64,000 bases of DNA from Schizochytrium sp. TIO01 (GCA_004764695.1 SMSO01000025.1:4132862-4196861), one strand, 5' to 3'; positions 32,928 to 46,346 are shown, numbered from the stretch's first letter. Made by a program: numbers and translations. Notes: generated by a model from the sequence alone, not told the origin.

Positions 32928-33845
32928 ATGACATTCTGCGAAGTTAATACAGGAGGCGCCTCGCACCGTATTTGGTATGAGGTTTCGGGCGCCGCGGAGG
33001 AGGATGCGAAGCACAGAATGCTCTTCACGATGGGACTGGGCTCGGATTCTCGACTCTGGAAAATCCAAGTTGACTATTTTTCCAAGCTCCCTGGGTACCG
33101 TGTTTGCATTTATGACAACCGTGGAATTGGCTTTTCGGACCCAGTACCAGGTCGATGGACGACTCGTGAGATGGCTCAAGATGCACTCGCTCTCATGGAC
33201 CACCTTGGCTGGCAGAAGGATGTAAACTTGGTTGGTACGTCTATGGGAGGCATGATCACTTTGGAGATTGCCTGTCAAGACATTCCACGCTTCGCTAGTG
33301 TAACCCTGGCCTCCACGATTGCAGGTGGTATCCCCTCTTTGTTACATTTCGCTACAGTGCTTCACTCGGGCTTGTATAAACTTGTGCGCCTCGCTGCAGC
33401 TCAAACTCAAGACGAGCGAGGAAAGTGGTTTTTGTCGTGCCTATTCCCAGATGAGTTCGTTAAGCTTGAAGACGAGGCGCACCCTGGCCAGTCTAATGCT
33501 GATAGCTTACAACAATACTTTCTTGATGTGACCAAGGAAGAGCCTGGGCGAGAGCAAGTGACTGGCACAACATTCATTAAACAGTGCCTCGCAGCAGCAA
33601 CGCACAGCGTTTCATCTTCCAAACTTCGCAATCTAGGAGAGTCTGTCTCGGTCCTGGTTTTGACTGGAGATGTAGATATCGTTGTTCCACCCGCTAACTC
33701 AGAGCGCCTAGCTCGTGAAATCCCGAACTGTCACTTTCTTAAGGTGTCTGGTGCAGGCCACGGCGTTTTGATGCAGAATCGGGAGTTTACTAACCAAGCT
33801 ATTCAAAGCTTAATTGAGAGACAGCCAATCAGGACTGAGCCTTAA
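32928..33845 (+). CDS. Alpha/beta-fold hydrolase (Abhydrolase_1 type)
   Basis: YDNRGIGFS, nucleophile elbow GTSMGG, acid in GDVDIVVP, His in GAGHG. First in-frame ATG is 32928, but the frame is open further upstream, so the 5' end is uncertain. Confidence 0.9.
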   Translation: MTFCEVNTGGASHRIWYEVSGAAEEDAKHRMLFTMGLGSDSRLWKIQVDYFSKLPGYRVCIYDNRGIGFSDPVPGRWTTREMAQDALALMDHLGWQKDVNLVGTSMGGMITLEIACQDIPRFASVTLASTIAGGIPSLLHFATVLHSGLYKLVRLAAAQTQDERGKWFLSCLFPDEFVKLEDEAHPGQSNADSLQQYFLDVTKEEPGREQVTGTTFIKQCLAAATHSVSSSKLRNLGESVSVLVLTGDVDIVVPPANSERLAREIPNCHFLKVSGAGHGVLMQNREFTNQAIQSLIERQPIRTEP

Positions 33846-36800
33846 AAGAGAGGATCGATAGCGATATTTCACAGGAGCATTCACACTCCGCATGCTTATC
33901 ATAGATGGATGGTGCCGGTAATGATGACCAAAACAAATATGTCTTTCCGTGCGGTCTCCACAATTAAAAGACTTGATGAATTTAAACAATCTTTTCACTC
34001 AGAGACTATGATCTCGGTAAATCATATTAGCCCGAATGTCCCTTGTTCATTTTTACATTTCTCGATACCATGTTGCTTTATAAGTGTATTAATCAACATG
34101 CGTGGGGTCCTTTCTATTGAAACATTGAAAATCTATCTAGATGTGGTGCCAAAACTTGTAAAGGTCCTCTTTGTATCATAGTAACTGACTTAGGAGGAGC
34201 ACGCTGATGTTAGCCTTATGAATGATATTCTCACTGCATAGATTGCGTTTTACATCAGTGTTGGGTACCGGTTGCCCACCTTCACTTCACACAGCCCTTT
34301 TCTTACTTTGCTTGACAGGCGATTTGTTAATCTAAGCATCTATTCTAAAAGGATTCTTTTAGTCTGCACCATTGGCACCATCGTGCCCACGCCGAGGCCC
34401 ACAAATTAAACATCCGGCCTCAGTCTATCGCCAGCATTCAACTCACGACCATGTCGTGATAGCTGCTATAGAATATTTTCCTGAAAGCGAACCTCGTTAA
34501 GTTCTATTTCGCTAGCTAGCTGGTCACTCCTGACCTGCTCTATTTTCTGCTATCTATCTATCCCCTCATCAGATTTTGATTGCCTCGTGCAAGGTTTTGC
34601 ATTCTACATCATATTTCAAATGTGTAGCTCAAGTACCAGCAAGAATGAGATGACCACCGCCAAAGGCATCATCACCCTGGCTTGAAATCGCTCGCGGCCC
34701 CCTCCTTGTTGAGCTGGCAGGCAGGCGGAGTTCGCAAGAAAGAAGCTCTGGCCCCCGGGTGTTCAATCGAGCGACCAGTCGAACGAGCAGCCAGAAGGCC
34801 ACCCACAACAGCAGCAGCAGCAGCAGCAGGAGTCGGAGGCCCTTCTCCATGCGAGCGATCTTGATCAAGAATTCAAGGTCGCACTGACTGTCCAGGACCC
34901 TCGAGGCTTCTTCTGTCCTGGGCTTGCTTCTTTGGCAATTGATCCCGAGTTCATGAATTCCAGTTCTTTGGCATGCCTCCTATAACGTGGCTGCTTCTTT
35001 CTTCTTTTAACTTCTTTTTTACTGTGTATACCCTAGTAACTACTATCTGTATCTGCTAGATGAGCGGCCTAAGTCGCAGCCACCTTTCTTTGACCAATGC
35101 TGCTCACTCGAACTTTTGAGAACGAAGACCTGGCAAGAGACCCTGCCCAAGACAACCGGAGTCCTCGTGACCTCGTGAGGGCCGATGACCTGTCACGCTC
35201 TCGCTGCCAAGTTTGACAGCAGGGCATGCTCATGATCGATCGCTGGCGGAGTTTGTAGCTCGCGGGAACAAGACAAGGCAAGACAAGACAAGAAAAGCAA
35301 AGCAATTCCTGGCCAAGTTTGGCGAAGTTAGGGGCTCTCGAGGCACCTGCACGACGCTCCGGTTGACGGCGATGCCGCGGAGACTGTGGCCTCGGCGAGA
35401 CACCTCTCGTGCTGTGACATGCTCTGCTCTCTGGAGCTGCAGCGGTGTCTGATGTGAAGGTCATCGCGGTTGCTGCTCGAAATCAAGCAAGCAGGCAGGC
35501 ACTTGCTTCATTCGGCAAGGGTTCTTGCTCCCTTCCTTCAGCGCCGACCAAGCGGCGGCACGACTTCAGCTTGCAGCCATCGCGCGAAAGGATGCGGCGG
35601 GCGAGGTTGTCCTCTCCGGATTGCTTGATCGCCGACAGAGGTCATTTATTTCGATGTCTTTGGTTCAGATTTCGTTCAAGTTCTGTGACTCGACTCTTAA
35701 CTTCAATCCTCTGGTTCAACCATACTTTCGGTAACTAAACTTGAGTTGTTTTAGCTTTCGTGCCCATCAACAGACGCACAAACACGCAAAGGGTCGACGT
35801 GACAGACAAGCGAACAAGCAGCCAAGAGAGCAAGCAGAGAAGCCTCCTCAGAGGAGATTGTGGCTTCGCCTTCAGAAGAAGAGGCCAAGACTCGGGTTCT
35901 TTGTTATGTCTCTCATCCTCTCCCATTTCGAGACGACTGATAAAATCTAAATCTAAAATCTTAGAAGAAAGATGAAATGAACATGAAAAAAACATGGTTA
36001 GTTTTATTTTATTTTATTTCTATTTTATTTTAAAGTTGTTTTATTTTCATAACTTAAAAGTAAAAAATAAAAACCAGACTATCATTACTATGATTACTGT
36101 TATTATAAATTATAATCTAAACGAACTTGACGATCAGTGAGTGCAAAAATAAAATCAGACTCATCCTCCTCCACTGCTAGCGTTTTATGTAACTTGGCCT
36201 TAGCGCCGCTCAAGTGGCCTGGAAAGCGGAAGGCTGTCTTTCAGACGCCACCCCCACTGCAATATTAATCTCCATCAAAACTGCCAAACTTCTGCACCGC
36301 ATGTGAGAGGTGACTGCTACCCTCCGTCCTTTCCGCCACATCCGCCTTAATTTTGGTGTTGCAGCCAGCTTAGGATGATGGTGATGAGGTGTATATTAAG
36401 GCCTATTGTCGAGGATCTTTCCTCCCTTCTTGGGCCCGAAAGAAAAAGAGAAAGAAGAAAGAGAAAGAAGAAAGAGAATGGAATTAAGGATCTGAGAAAC
36501 GTAGAACCACTATCTCAGTACCCTTCGGAATCGCGCAGAAGAGGCCAGGCAGAGCGCGGCCGGCGGGGAGAGGAGGTCGAGGAGAGGGAGGTAGGGAGGG
36601 AGGGAGGGAGGAAGGCCTTTTGCAGCTGGCTTGAGCCTCGCGACGAGGGAATCCGCAGTGGGTCGAGTGACCGCAACTTTCTTTCTTTCTTTCTTTGTTA
36701 ATTCTTTTTCTTCTTTTCCTTCGGAATGAAAGTATTTTTTGGTCTGCTTGAAACTTGAAACTTTGAAACTTTGGTGGGAATTGTAGGGGCACCTAACAAT

Positions 36801-37572
36801 AACTGTAGGAGTTTTAAATCTAAATTTAAAAATACTATATATATATATATATATATATACAAAATAAAAAACAAAAACTATTAGGTTGATCGATCAAATT
36901 TGAAGGGGCCAGCTAATTCAATTCTTCAAATAGCTGCGATCGATTTGAGCCCGGTGGATCGCTCGCAAGGATTCACCGACCTCCGCCAGGCAGGAACCGA
37001 TCAACTGGAAACAGTCAACGGTGTCTACCTCGCCAGAGAAGACGAACTACCGGGGACAGCTGGAAGCGTGGTCGTTCTGCTGCCCGCGTGATCACTTGTT
37101 TCCACGCCATTGAACTCGAAGTTCCATTCCTCCCAGCCTATAAATACGTGTCTGTTGCACAGCTCAGACATCAAGGATAGCCTGACGAAGCACTACAGAT
37201 CGGCGAGGAGGAAACTATCCACATTCACGCCAAGAGATTCTTCCCCCTTCCGAACTGGAAATCCCATTCGTCGAAAACTCGACGCGCAACGACACGACTT
37301 TGCGCATATATAGATATATACATACATATTATAGTCTATATATATATATATATATAGACGTGAAAAAACGAACTGCGGCAGCGCTAGAGGAATTTCACCA
37401 GACCCACGAGATTGACGAAGAGGCACTGCTTGTGCATACAAAACCTCTCAGGCACACTGGTCCTGGAGAACTTGTAAATTTAAAATTTACTCGTGGCTGT
37501 ATATTTGCGACGCAGTGGGAGGTAGACATTGTGAGAAAAACTCTTGCAAGAGTGAGTCCTAGAATTGTAAAG

Positions 37573-38583
37573 ATGCAGCGCTTCTTTGGTTCTGACGATA
37601 TTGGCGGGAATCGTGAAGATGACGACGACCTCGATGACCGTCGCATGTCCTCTGACCGGCGTAGGCGCTACAGCGAGCGGGCCGGGTCTGTCACAAACAA
37701 CCGCCCAAAGAACCGGCATCGTCAGCGACTTAGCGCTCGTGTACGTACGCTGGTCGCAGCGCTCCCAAATGTAAGCACTGTGGCACGCGATGGAAACCGC
37801 CGTCTAAGCATTCGTAGTTTACGAGGAGTAAGCGAGGATATAGAAGACCACTCTCGCGCTCGATCTGACAGTGGAAGCTTTCTGAGCGAGGATCCAGAAA
37901 GCGGAGACGAGTCTGCGACATCCTCACTTCGCCGCGAGCGACGCGAAGACTCCGCAGACTGGAAATCCGTAAGTACAATTGACTACAGCAGACGTGATCC
38001 GATCCTCCTGACAGACATCGACGACGATGAGCCCACCTTCACATACGAACGCCCAAACGGCACGCGTGTAAGGTATCGGGTGGAGAGCCTCGTAGACTAC
38101 ATGCTCTATGCAGGCACCTTCCGAGAACCAGAAACTGCTCTTCCGTTTTCTGATGATGACCTTGCCGAGCTAGATCGCATTGCTGAGAACGCTGGAATGC
38201 AAAAGGACTCCGTCTTGGAGGCAAGCAAACGACCTGAACAGTTCGCTGACCGCAGATTCTCAAGCACAGCAATGGTGGGACTGGAACGTTGCTGTGGTGA
38301 ACTCATCGGAGAGATCCCAGACATTGCAGAATCTCGCGAGTCTCGTGAGTCCGCACAACTTTATCTCATGACAGAACTCTTTCCCTCAATCCGGTACTAT
38401 TTTCGCCAAATGTATGAATTTGATCCCGAATTCGCGTCCCAATCACTAGGCCAGTATCGCGAGTTTGTCAAGGGCCCTCCGAACCGCCCGGTTCGGGACC
38501 GTAATCGAGTTCAGGCCATGTCTCTACAGTTCTTGGACGACCTCGAGCGTGATTTCCCTCCACCCCCAGAACCGGAGGAATAA
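37573..38583 (+). CDS. Hypothetical protein with a disordered R/S/D-rich N-half and a degenerate U-box/RING-like domain; 336 aa
   Basis: First ATG at 37573. DPILLTDI...YRVESLVDYMLYAGTFREPETALPFSDDDL follows the U-box-like DPI...Y....L..Y......P.T..P pattern. Confidence 0.75.
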   Translation: MQRFFGSDDIGGNREDDDDLDDRRMSSDRRRRYSERAGSVTNNRPKNRHRQRLSARVRTLVAALPNVSTVARDGNRRLSIRSLRGVSEDIEDHSRARSDSGSFLSEDPESGDESATSSLRRERREDSADWKSVSTIDYSRRDPILLTDIDDDEPTFTYERPNGTRVRYRVESLVDYMLYAGTFREPETALPFSDDDLAELDRIAENAGMQKDSVLEASKRPEQFADRRFSSTAMVGLERCCGELIGEIPDIAESRESRESAQLYLMTELFPSIRYYFRQMYEFDPEFASQSLGQYREFVKGPPNRPVRDRNRVQAMSLQFLDDLERDFPPPPEPEE

Positions 38584-41500
38584 AGACACATCGCAAGGTT
38601 TTCCATTCTCTTTTCTTGCAAATCTTCTCGACAGCATGTCACATGCAGAGGCAGTGTTTGAAGAAATACAGACAGCTCAAGCAAACGCAAGTGAGGATGA
38701 AGACGAAATCTAAAAGGCCTTATTATACCGTTGTTTTCAGCAGTCGCACGAGAGCAAGTCTAACAACAGAGAAATTGAGAGCACGGCTCTCTCTCACATG
38801 TAAACACCCTGGCGACAAGGGCAAGCTGCCTTTTCGAGTCAATAGTAATACTCAACATACTTCACAAGCGCCCATTAATGTATATACAGCAATAACGAAT
38901 TTGCCTAGTACTACTTTTGATCACCAAACAAGCCTACCCCTTCTTCCTTCTCTCGGACAAAGATCCAATCTTTTTCAGAAGGAAAAGAAAGAAAGAATAG
39001 GAAAAAGCAGACAACTCAAGCTTGGGAGGTATCTTTTATTGTTGACGTCACTAACATAACGTACTCAAAGATAAATACCCGAACTATCAACTTTGACACC
39101 AACCATCTATATACTACCACATTTTTCTGTCTTCACTACGGGGAAAACTGAAAGAGTACTAGAACATAGAGGAGAGAAACAAACGTGCCAACTGAGTAGA
39201 AAGACAAGACTTCAAGACATGGGGATACACTTCATCGGGAATGAATTTCAGCTTGGTGGAAGTGGAATACTGCCGTTGACTGTTTTTAACAAATGTCACA
39301 GAATATCGGGTTGTCAAAGTTAGTAATCGTTGTTCGCAGAATTTTAGACCAAGATCACCCTCTTTTTTCCTCGCCTTAACCTCCAGCTATTTCTGCCTCT
39401 AGCCAGCGTAGAAACGGCGCCGCGTAGATACACTCGGGGGAAATCGTGACGACATGTAAATGTCTCATTGTGGTGGTGCATGGATATATTACCCTAACTG
39501 GTTATCAACACATGATAGTCTGCACTAAAGATTCAGGGTGTCTAATCACTGACGACGTCACGATCCTCTGCCTCGAGGCCTACTGCGGCAAAATCTTCGT
39601 TTCTAGCCATACACAGCTAGCTTTCTCTTCCTCTTGAACATCTTGCTCATCCATCTTCTCTTCGTCTTCACTTACAGCGTAGGCGCAGCAGCTGCAAAAG
39701 GATCACAAAACCCCCGTGCAGAAGAGCAGAGACCCTTCTATACTGAGGACAGCGACATTGCCCCTTAAGGCCAAGACCCCAGAGCGGAGTTTGGAGTCTG
39801 CTGCCAGATTGTCTTCACTTCACGCTGGCCGAATGGATGGCAGAGAGAATGGATGGAGAGGACAATACATCGTCTAGCGTAATACGGAATAAATGCTAGC
39901 AGATTAAGGCCAATACTACTGTTTGCACTAATAGGAGCCTATGCAAGTCTCAATGGATGGACCTCCTCTCTGCCTAGAGTGCCTCTCACCAGAACCAGTG
40001 TACACTATACTTCCAGGTCTCGAAACTGACAATATCTACTCCTAATGGATGCGTACGTAGGTACACCTATCAATTCTTCTACTTGAGTAAATTTTCTTTC
40101 TAATTGAAAAAAAGCCAAAGTAAACCAACCATAGCAATTGATCTACAAAGCACCTACTGCGCAACACTGAAAACCATTTGTTATAGGTACTACTACCCTA
40201 GTAGTATTTCAAATGTAACATACAATTCAAGAAACCCTAGGAGTTGGTCTTCTCCTGCTTAGGAGCGAGTAATCTACCACCTCGGGTAGTATAGAAATCT
40301 AAATGAAGATGGGAATTGGCAGTCTAAGACATTTCTTCCATTATCGCAAATCGGCATCGTAATTCAAGATCTTGCAAGAAACAGACAAATGACTCGCACA
40401 ATTGCAATATTTGGAATATAGTTTTTTCAGTCGAGCAATCATAAACTTGTACTATCTTACTACCAAAGCTTCTGTCCACTCTCTTGCAATTTCTGTTTGT
40501 TGTGAACATGTACATGTTAAGAAAATATGGTTTTGTTACTAATGTAAATTTATGATGGTCAATTAGATAAGTTGAATGTTGAAAAAGTTGCAGCTTTCTC
40601 GGTTCAATGCCAATGCACAAGAAAGATGCAAAGGATTATATCTATCATCCTCTATCCTCAAACAATTCCTGTTTCCAGAGATACTAAGCAAGTAACATAA
40701 AGGCATAGATGTATTTCAAAAGCTGCAATATGAAGCAATTATCTTGGGGAAACCAAGATTCACATGTAGCCTGATCTACTTTTTAAAGACCTCCCATGTT
40801 GGTTGAACGTCAGTACAGTCCTTGGCTTACAAGTGTCGAATCAGTCTAGGGTCGAATTATATAATTGCATTCTATACGAATAAATAAAATTATGGCGTGA
40901 ATATATGTGAATCGCAGTGTGGTATAAAGGCGTGTCTCATAGTTCTTGACCTCTCTAGGACATTAATCATTTAATGGTAAGCTACATCGCACAAAGACCG
41001 TCAGGTTTTAGTTCAATTCTTCCCTTGACTTGCGCATCGCAATGTGTGAGGACTTCTATAAGGTTATGAACTATTTTCATAAAGACAACAATCTGTTTTG
41101 CTTTGGCTGATTAGAGCTTCGCATAAACTATATTCAGCATCGAAGTTATTGTTCAAACCCCATGTTAGCCACATTATGAAGCCTTACACATACATGGCTT
41201 CGTGAGATTTTGTGGTGTTTTCTAAACATAATTATCTTGCCTTCTGAAAGTTAGACAAAAGAGGTAGGCAACTTTAAGAGTCCGCCCCCGCCCTGAGGTA
41301 TTGATGGATTAAGTTCCATTTTCTTCTGAATTGATCTGACTCATTTTAGAAGGTTTTGATGGCTGTCACTTTTCTGCAAAACCCATGTGAGCTTTCCGAA
41401 ATTATTTTCTTGCAATGCCCAACTTCCGTAGGCGGATCCCACAATTAGTCACCGTAATCGTCTCATGAATTAGTTCATTTCGAAAGCGCCGTTTCTGAAA

Positions 41501-41966
41501 ACACCTTAGACACACCACCCGTTGTTAATATCGCAGTTAACGTCATTCATCTTTCTTTGTTTGTTTCGTCTTTGGAGGCACATGCATAATACAAATACGT
41601 GTGCTGTACGCTTGCTTATCGTCAATTAAAGCTTTACTTGGATTCAAATGTGTATGTAATCAAACTTGCTAAGACAATCTAACAGCAACGGTATGCTTCC
41701 CTGTTAGCAGTAGCTGGATAGATTGAATATTGATACTTGGGAGGGTCATGAAGCAGCGTGGATTAAATTGCTCAGAGGGATGGCTTGAACATAATATTGT
41801 CTATGAGTCTCATGCAGTCAGCTTCATAGTCTTCATATTTGTGTAGCTGAAGAAATTGCTGCTATATGCTTCTCTTAAATTAACAAAGCTCACAGTTGAG
41901 ATATAGTAATTTAATGTTTCTTGTGAGAATAAAGTGGCACTTCGTAAGTTGGGTTTTCGACGAGCA

Positions 41967-42409
41967 AAAGAGTTATTACAACTCGAAAGAGCTATGATAA
42001 CTCGAAAGAGCTATGATAACTCGAAAGAGTTATGACAACTCGAAAGAGCTATGATAACTCGAAAGAGCTATGATAACTCGAAAGAGTTATGACAAGTCGA
42101 AAGAGCTATGATAACTCGAAAGAGCTATGACAAGTCGAAAGAGCTATGATAACTCGAAAGAGTTATGACAAGTCGAAAGAGCTATGACAAGTCGAAAGAG
42201 CTATGACAAGTCGAAAGAGTTATTGCAACTCGAAAGAGTTATGATAACTCGAAAGAGCTATGGCAACTCGAAAGAGCTATGGTAACTCGAAAGAGCTATG
42301 GTAACTCGAAAGAGCTATGGCAACTCGAAAGAGCTATGATAACTCGAAAGAGCTATTGCAACTCGAAAGAGCTATGATAACTCGAAAGAGCTATGATAAC
42401 CGAAAGAGC
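41967..42409. repeat. 19-bp minisatellite, 23 copies plus a partial; consensus AAAGAGYTATGAYAACTCG, internally palindromic
   Basis: Units counted directly; variants are confined to a few positions. Confidence 0.97.
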
Positions 42410-44708
42410 GATTACTCCCAGTTCTTCTTCTCTGATGTTTAGAAACGACGTTCGTTGATCTTGTATGTTCAAAGTTGTTAAGCATATTTATCCATCTTAT
42501 CAGTGAGATCCATAAGCAACATACATACATTCAGTCTATAAGGGGTTCATCCAGTCTGCTTCCAGCATGGAACATTATCTTGCCTACAGTGTGAACATTC
42601 CCAGTTAAGTCTTTTCATGAAGCCATCGTGTTTGTTAATACTACATGAACAAATATCGATTCTTGTATTGAATGAAATGTAATGAAAAATACTATATAAC
42701 CAACCTGTAAGATTAGCAATATACTTGGATATCGATATTATCAAAATTAGCAGTGATTAACGCAATAACACCATGAATCACAGCGAAGCCCTCATACTAT
42801 CCAAAGCTGCAATCACTTTTTATTTATATCAAATGAGAGAACTAAATATCCATTAGACTTCGGGCAGGTAGATTTAGCAAACATCAAAATGTTTCATTTG
42901 AGAAAGCGAAGATTCGTTATGACTGTGGTTCACCGCTAAGTGAAGAAAGGTAAACAGGATACATCTCCTCGGTCTTCTAATGTCAACTATTAACTATATA
43001 TAGCATGCACAGTAACCATGTTCGTTTAGAGAGTTCACTTCATTGACAAACACGGAAGTACTTCAAGAAAATTCGGTTTCCAAAATATTTGCAAAGAGGG
43101 TGCGGACTCAAAAGCTTATGCTCGAGCCGATTACAGAAGGGAAAGCTAAGGATTACATGCTCTAAAGGCAGATTTTGGGTGACTACACTGTTGTAAGCCA
43201 TTCATACCATGATGCTCCCTACGAGCTTTACGATTATTCTTTCCAAGGTAAAATCGAGAAAACTGGTTGAATGTCTAGAGTCGCTTTGAAGCTGGAAAGT
43301 TGTTAATCTAATATAAATGAAAGACTCAATGGCAGACTGCTCATGGTAACGTGTGGTTTTGTGAGCCTTCAACAAATTCTGTAAATCTATAAAGCAAGAC
43401 ACTGAGAAAACCTAACACCCAAATATAATGCCTCTGCAAGAAACAGAGCACGCCTTTTCTATGGCACTTCAAAACCTCAGGTTTTGTATTCAATTAGTAG
43501 CCTGAGACCTTCTAGTCCACTCGAGCACATATTTATAGTCTTTACAGCACTCAAGGGTGTCAAATTCTGAAGTAAAGTTTTTCATTTTGGGTTCTCTAAG
43601 TTCAATTCATGTTGAAACCTCATTCAAATCTTCAAGATTTGGTAGGCAATCTGTATAACGTCTATGGGAAAGTTCCGTGCTAATGACCTAAGCCATTATC
43701 CGTGTGGATGTCATGGTTGCTGATTCTGAAAACGTCATCTTCTTGAGATCCGATGCCTGTGCATTTGGTACATGTTTTTAAAACTCGTCTATATAAACCC
43801 TGAATTCTATAAGCATACCAGTCCACTATGTAGAGAGTCTAAAGAGTCAAATCTCCCCCTTTTGGTATCCCGTTCTAGTTGAATGCACGGCACTTCGTGC
43901 ATGAAGAGTTTCCTCAAATCCATTGTGCATTGAATACTCTCCTTCTAGTTTACATTAATTTATTGTGACAACGTCCTGCCACGCTTTCCTCCCCCCAAAA
44001 CAGCAGTCTCCTTGAGGACAATACCTCCAGCACCTCCACACAATCACATCTTTGCTCAGCTACGCCTTGACTTGACCTCAGCTCTACTTTTGAGAAAAGA
44101 CTTCATGACTCCCGCAGCTCAAGAAAGGTTTCTTCAGGTGTTGGAATTCATGAACAGGCTGAGTAATACACACGTATAGGTTTACCAGACTCCTAGTGTT
44201 TCCTATCGCTCGTAGTTGGCGAAGATACAATTAGTTATAAAATGGAAACAAGTGAGTTATTCCGGAGACTCCACTATAGCAGAGCTTCGCTACAAGTGAA
44301 GTATCGCTGCCGTTACAATAGAATATTGCGGAGGCGATCAAGCAGCAGCAGAAGCGCAACTCGAAGCTGGATCTTCGTTCGCTGCGCGGACGTGGAGCAG
44401 CGGCACCTTGTTCGAGGCATTGCGGTAGGGTCTACCGCGTCTCGGACATCTTTACAAGACACGAGAGTTTCCTCCGACGCAAGTTTGGTGCATAGACCTG
44501 CATCGACCGCCCTCGCAAGAAAGGTTCTTTGGAAACCGGCACTGTAAGGACAGTACAGTACTTTGCCAGGTGGCTTCGTCAGAGTTCATAGGGTGCGCTA
44601 GGTTTCTGTTCTTCATTGGAGTGAATCTCTTGGTGAGAGTCTATAATTAACGTTGGCTGTGCTGCAAGTGGGCAAAGTACTAGGTAGATTGTTTTTTTAT
44701 TGCGGAAA

Positions 44709-46346
44709 ATGACGTACTCCAGAGATGAAGGCCGGCCGGTAAAGATCATTGACATCGACGCCCATGGTGAATCTTTTATTCTCAATGAGAAGGCTCTCAA
44801 GTCTGTGCTCAAACCGATCCCGCGTGACATGAAACTGAATATTGTCAGTGTGGTTGGCGCTTTTCGCACAGGTAAGAGTTTCATTCTTGATCTCTTCTTG
44901 CGATACTTGCGCAACACCTCGTCCAAGCCCGATTCGTGCAAGGGCGAGCCTGACGAGGATTGGATGCTTGCTGGAGGTAGCCTAGAGGGAAACAACAATG
45001 CTTTTGAGGAAGGTGGCCAGAAGTCCGGAGGATTCAGCTGGCGCAGTGGTCGTGAACGCTGCACCACTGGTATCTGGATGTGGAGCGAATACTTTGTTCG
45101 TGAGGTCCCAGGAGGCAAGGGCGAAAAGGTTGCTGTCCTGATCATGGATACTCAGGGTATGTTTGATTCAACCCTTGGTCAACATCTCACAGCCTCCATC
45201 TTTGGTCTCAGTACCCTCATTTCTAGTTACTCAGTTTACAACTTGGATAAACGGGTCCAAGAGGATAACTTGCAGCACTTGGCTCTCTTTTCTGAGTACG
45301 GCCGTGTGGCGCTCGTCGAAGAGAGAAAGCAGGCCTCTGACGAAGAATGGTATTCACGTGCTGACGGCGAATCAGAGAGCACTGGGGAAGGCCCGCGTCC
45401 GTTCCAGTGGCTCGAGCTCCTCGTTCGTGACTGGCAAGATTTTCATGATGTCGAGGGCCCCTTGGAGGACATCCGTGCTGACATGAAAGAGTACCTTGGC
45501 GAGATTCTCAGTGAACGCAACCAAAAGGATCTCAAGGAGGTGCGTGATCAAATTAGGCTGTGTTACGAGAATGTTTCTGTATGGATGCTTCCCCATCCTG
45601 GTTTCGCTGTAGTTAAGAAGAATTACGATGGTGACATCTCGAAGATTAGCCCCGAGTTCCGTCGACTTGTGTCTGATTACATCCGTCGTGTCTTTTCAAA
45701 GCGCATGGTTGTCAAGAAGGTTTCTGGGCGCCCCGTGAACGCTACTGAGCTCTACACCTACATCAAGGTATACTGCTCTTTGTTTAAGGAGGCCAAAATT
45801 TTCCCGGAAGCCAAAACCTTGTTGGCTGCCACTACGCAAGCTAACAACATGAATGCTGTTCAGTCCGCACTTAACACATACAAGCGCGAAATGGATAAGC
45901 TTGTTGGAGTTTCCAAACCCTATGTGAGCAAGGATAAGCTCTATCGTCACCATAAAGTTTGTGCCAACGGAGCACGCGAAAAATTTGATGAAATTGCAAC
46001 GATTGGTCCTGCAGCTTCTATCAAGACCTACCGTGAGCAGCTCAATAAGAAAATTGATGAGCGTTACCGTGAATACTCCGAGGCAAACAGCCTCCGTGAC
46101 CCGCTCGCCTTACTTGGCCCCTATCTCATTCCCTTGGCCATTGCTATCGGCGCCTATCTCATTCGTTATGTTCTCGACACGGTATGCCCACGCCGTTCAT
46201 TAAAATGTATGGACGTCTCAGACTTCTTTGGAGCTCTCTTCTTCACCATTATCACCTTTCTGTTCTTCCATATTGCTGCCCACGTCAATGGCTTTCGCCA
46301 GCGTCTCAAGGCGATGTTGGGACACACCAGCGAGTTTGTTGATTAA
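44709..46346 (+). CDS. ATL: Atlastin-like GTPase (GBP/atlastin family) with C-terminal transmembrane hairpin
   Basis: P-loop VVGAFRTGKSF, GFSWRSGRERCTTGIWMW, LIMDTQG, LVRDW, helical middle domain and two C-terminal hydrophobic helices. Confidence 0.92.
   Translation: MTYSRDEGRPVKIIDIDAHGESFILNEKALKSVLKPIPRDMKLNIVSVVGAFRTGKSFILDLFLRYLRNTSSKPDSCKGEPDEDWMLAGGSLEGNNNAFEEGGQKSGGFSWRSGRERCTTGIWMWSEYFVREVPGGKGEKVAVLIMDTQGMFDSTLGQHLTASIFGLSTLISSYSVYNLDKRVQEDNLQHLALFSEYGRVALVEERKQASDEEWYSRADGESESTGEGPRPFQWLELLVRDWQDFHDVEGPLEDIRADMKEYLGEILSERNQKDLKEVRDQIRLCYENVSVWMLPHPGFAVVKKNYDGDISKISPEFRRLVSDYIRRVFSKRMVVKKVSGRPVNATELYTYIKVYCSLFKEAKIFPEAKTLLAATTQANNMNAVQSALNTYKREMDKLVGVSKPYVSKDKLYRHHKVCANGAREKFDEIATIGPAASIKTYREQLNKKIDERYREYSEANSLRDPLALLGPYLIPLAIAIGAYLIRYVLDTVCPRRSLKCMDVSDFFGALFFTIITFLFFHIAAHVNGFRQRLKAMLGHTSEFVD

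Noticed and set aside
37300-37572. 5' extension of the 427-aa ORF
   Set aside because: It starts at TTG and runs through a (TA)n tract; the first ATG at 37573 is more plausible.
40188-40206. TACTACTA-CCC-TAGTAGTA hairpin
   Set aside because: It is a short, low-complexity palindrome with no supporting context.
41967-42409. 19-bp array as a mini-CRISPR or coding repeat
   Set aside because: There are no unique spacers, the period is not a multiple of 3, and stop codons recur.
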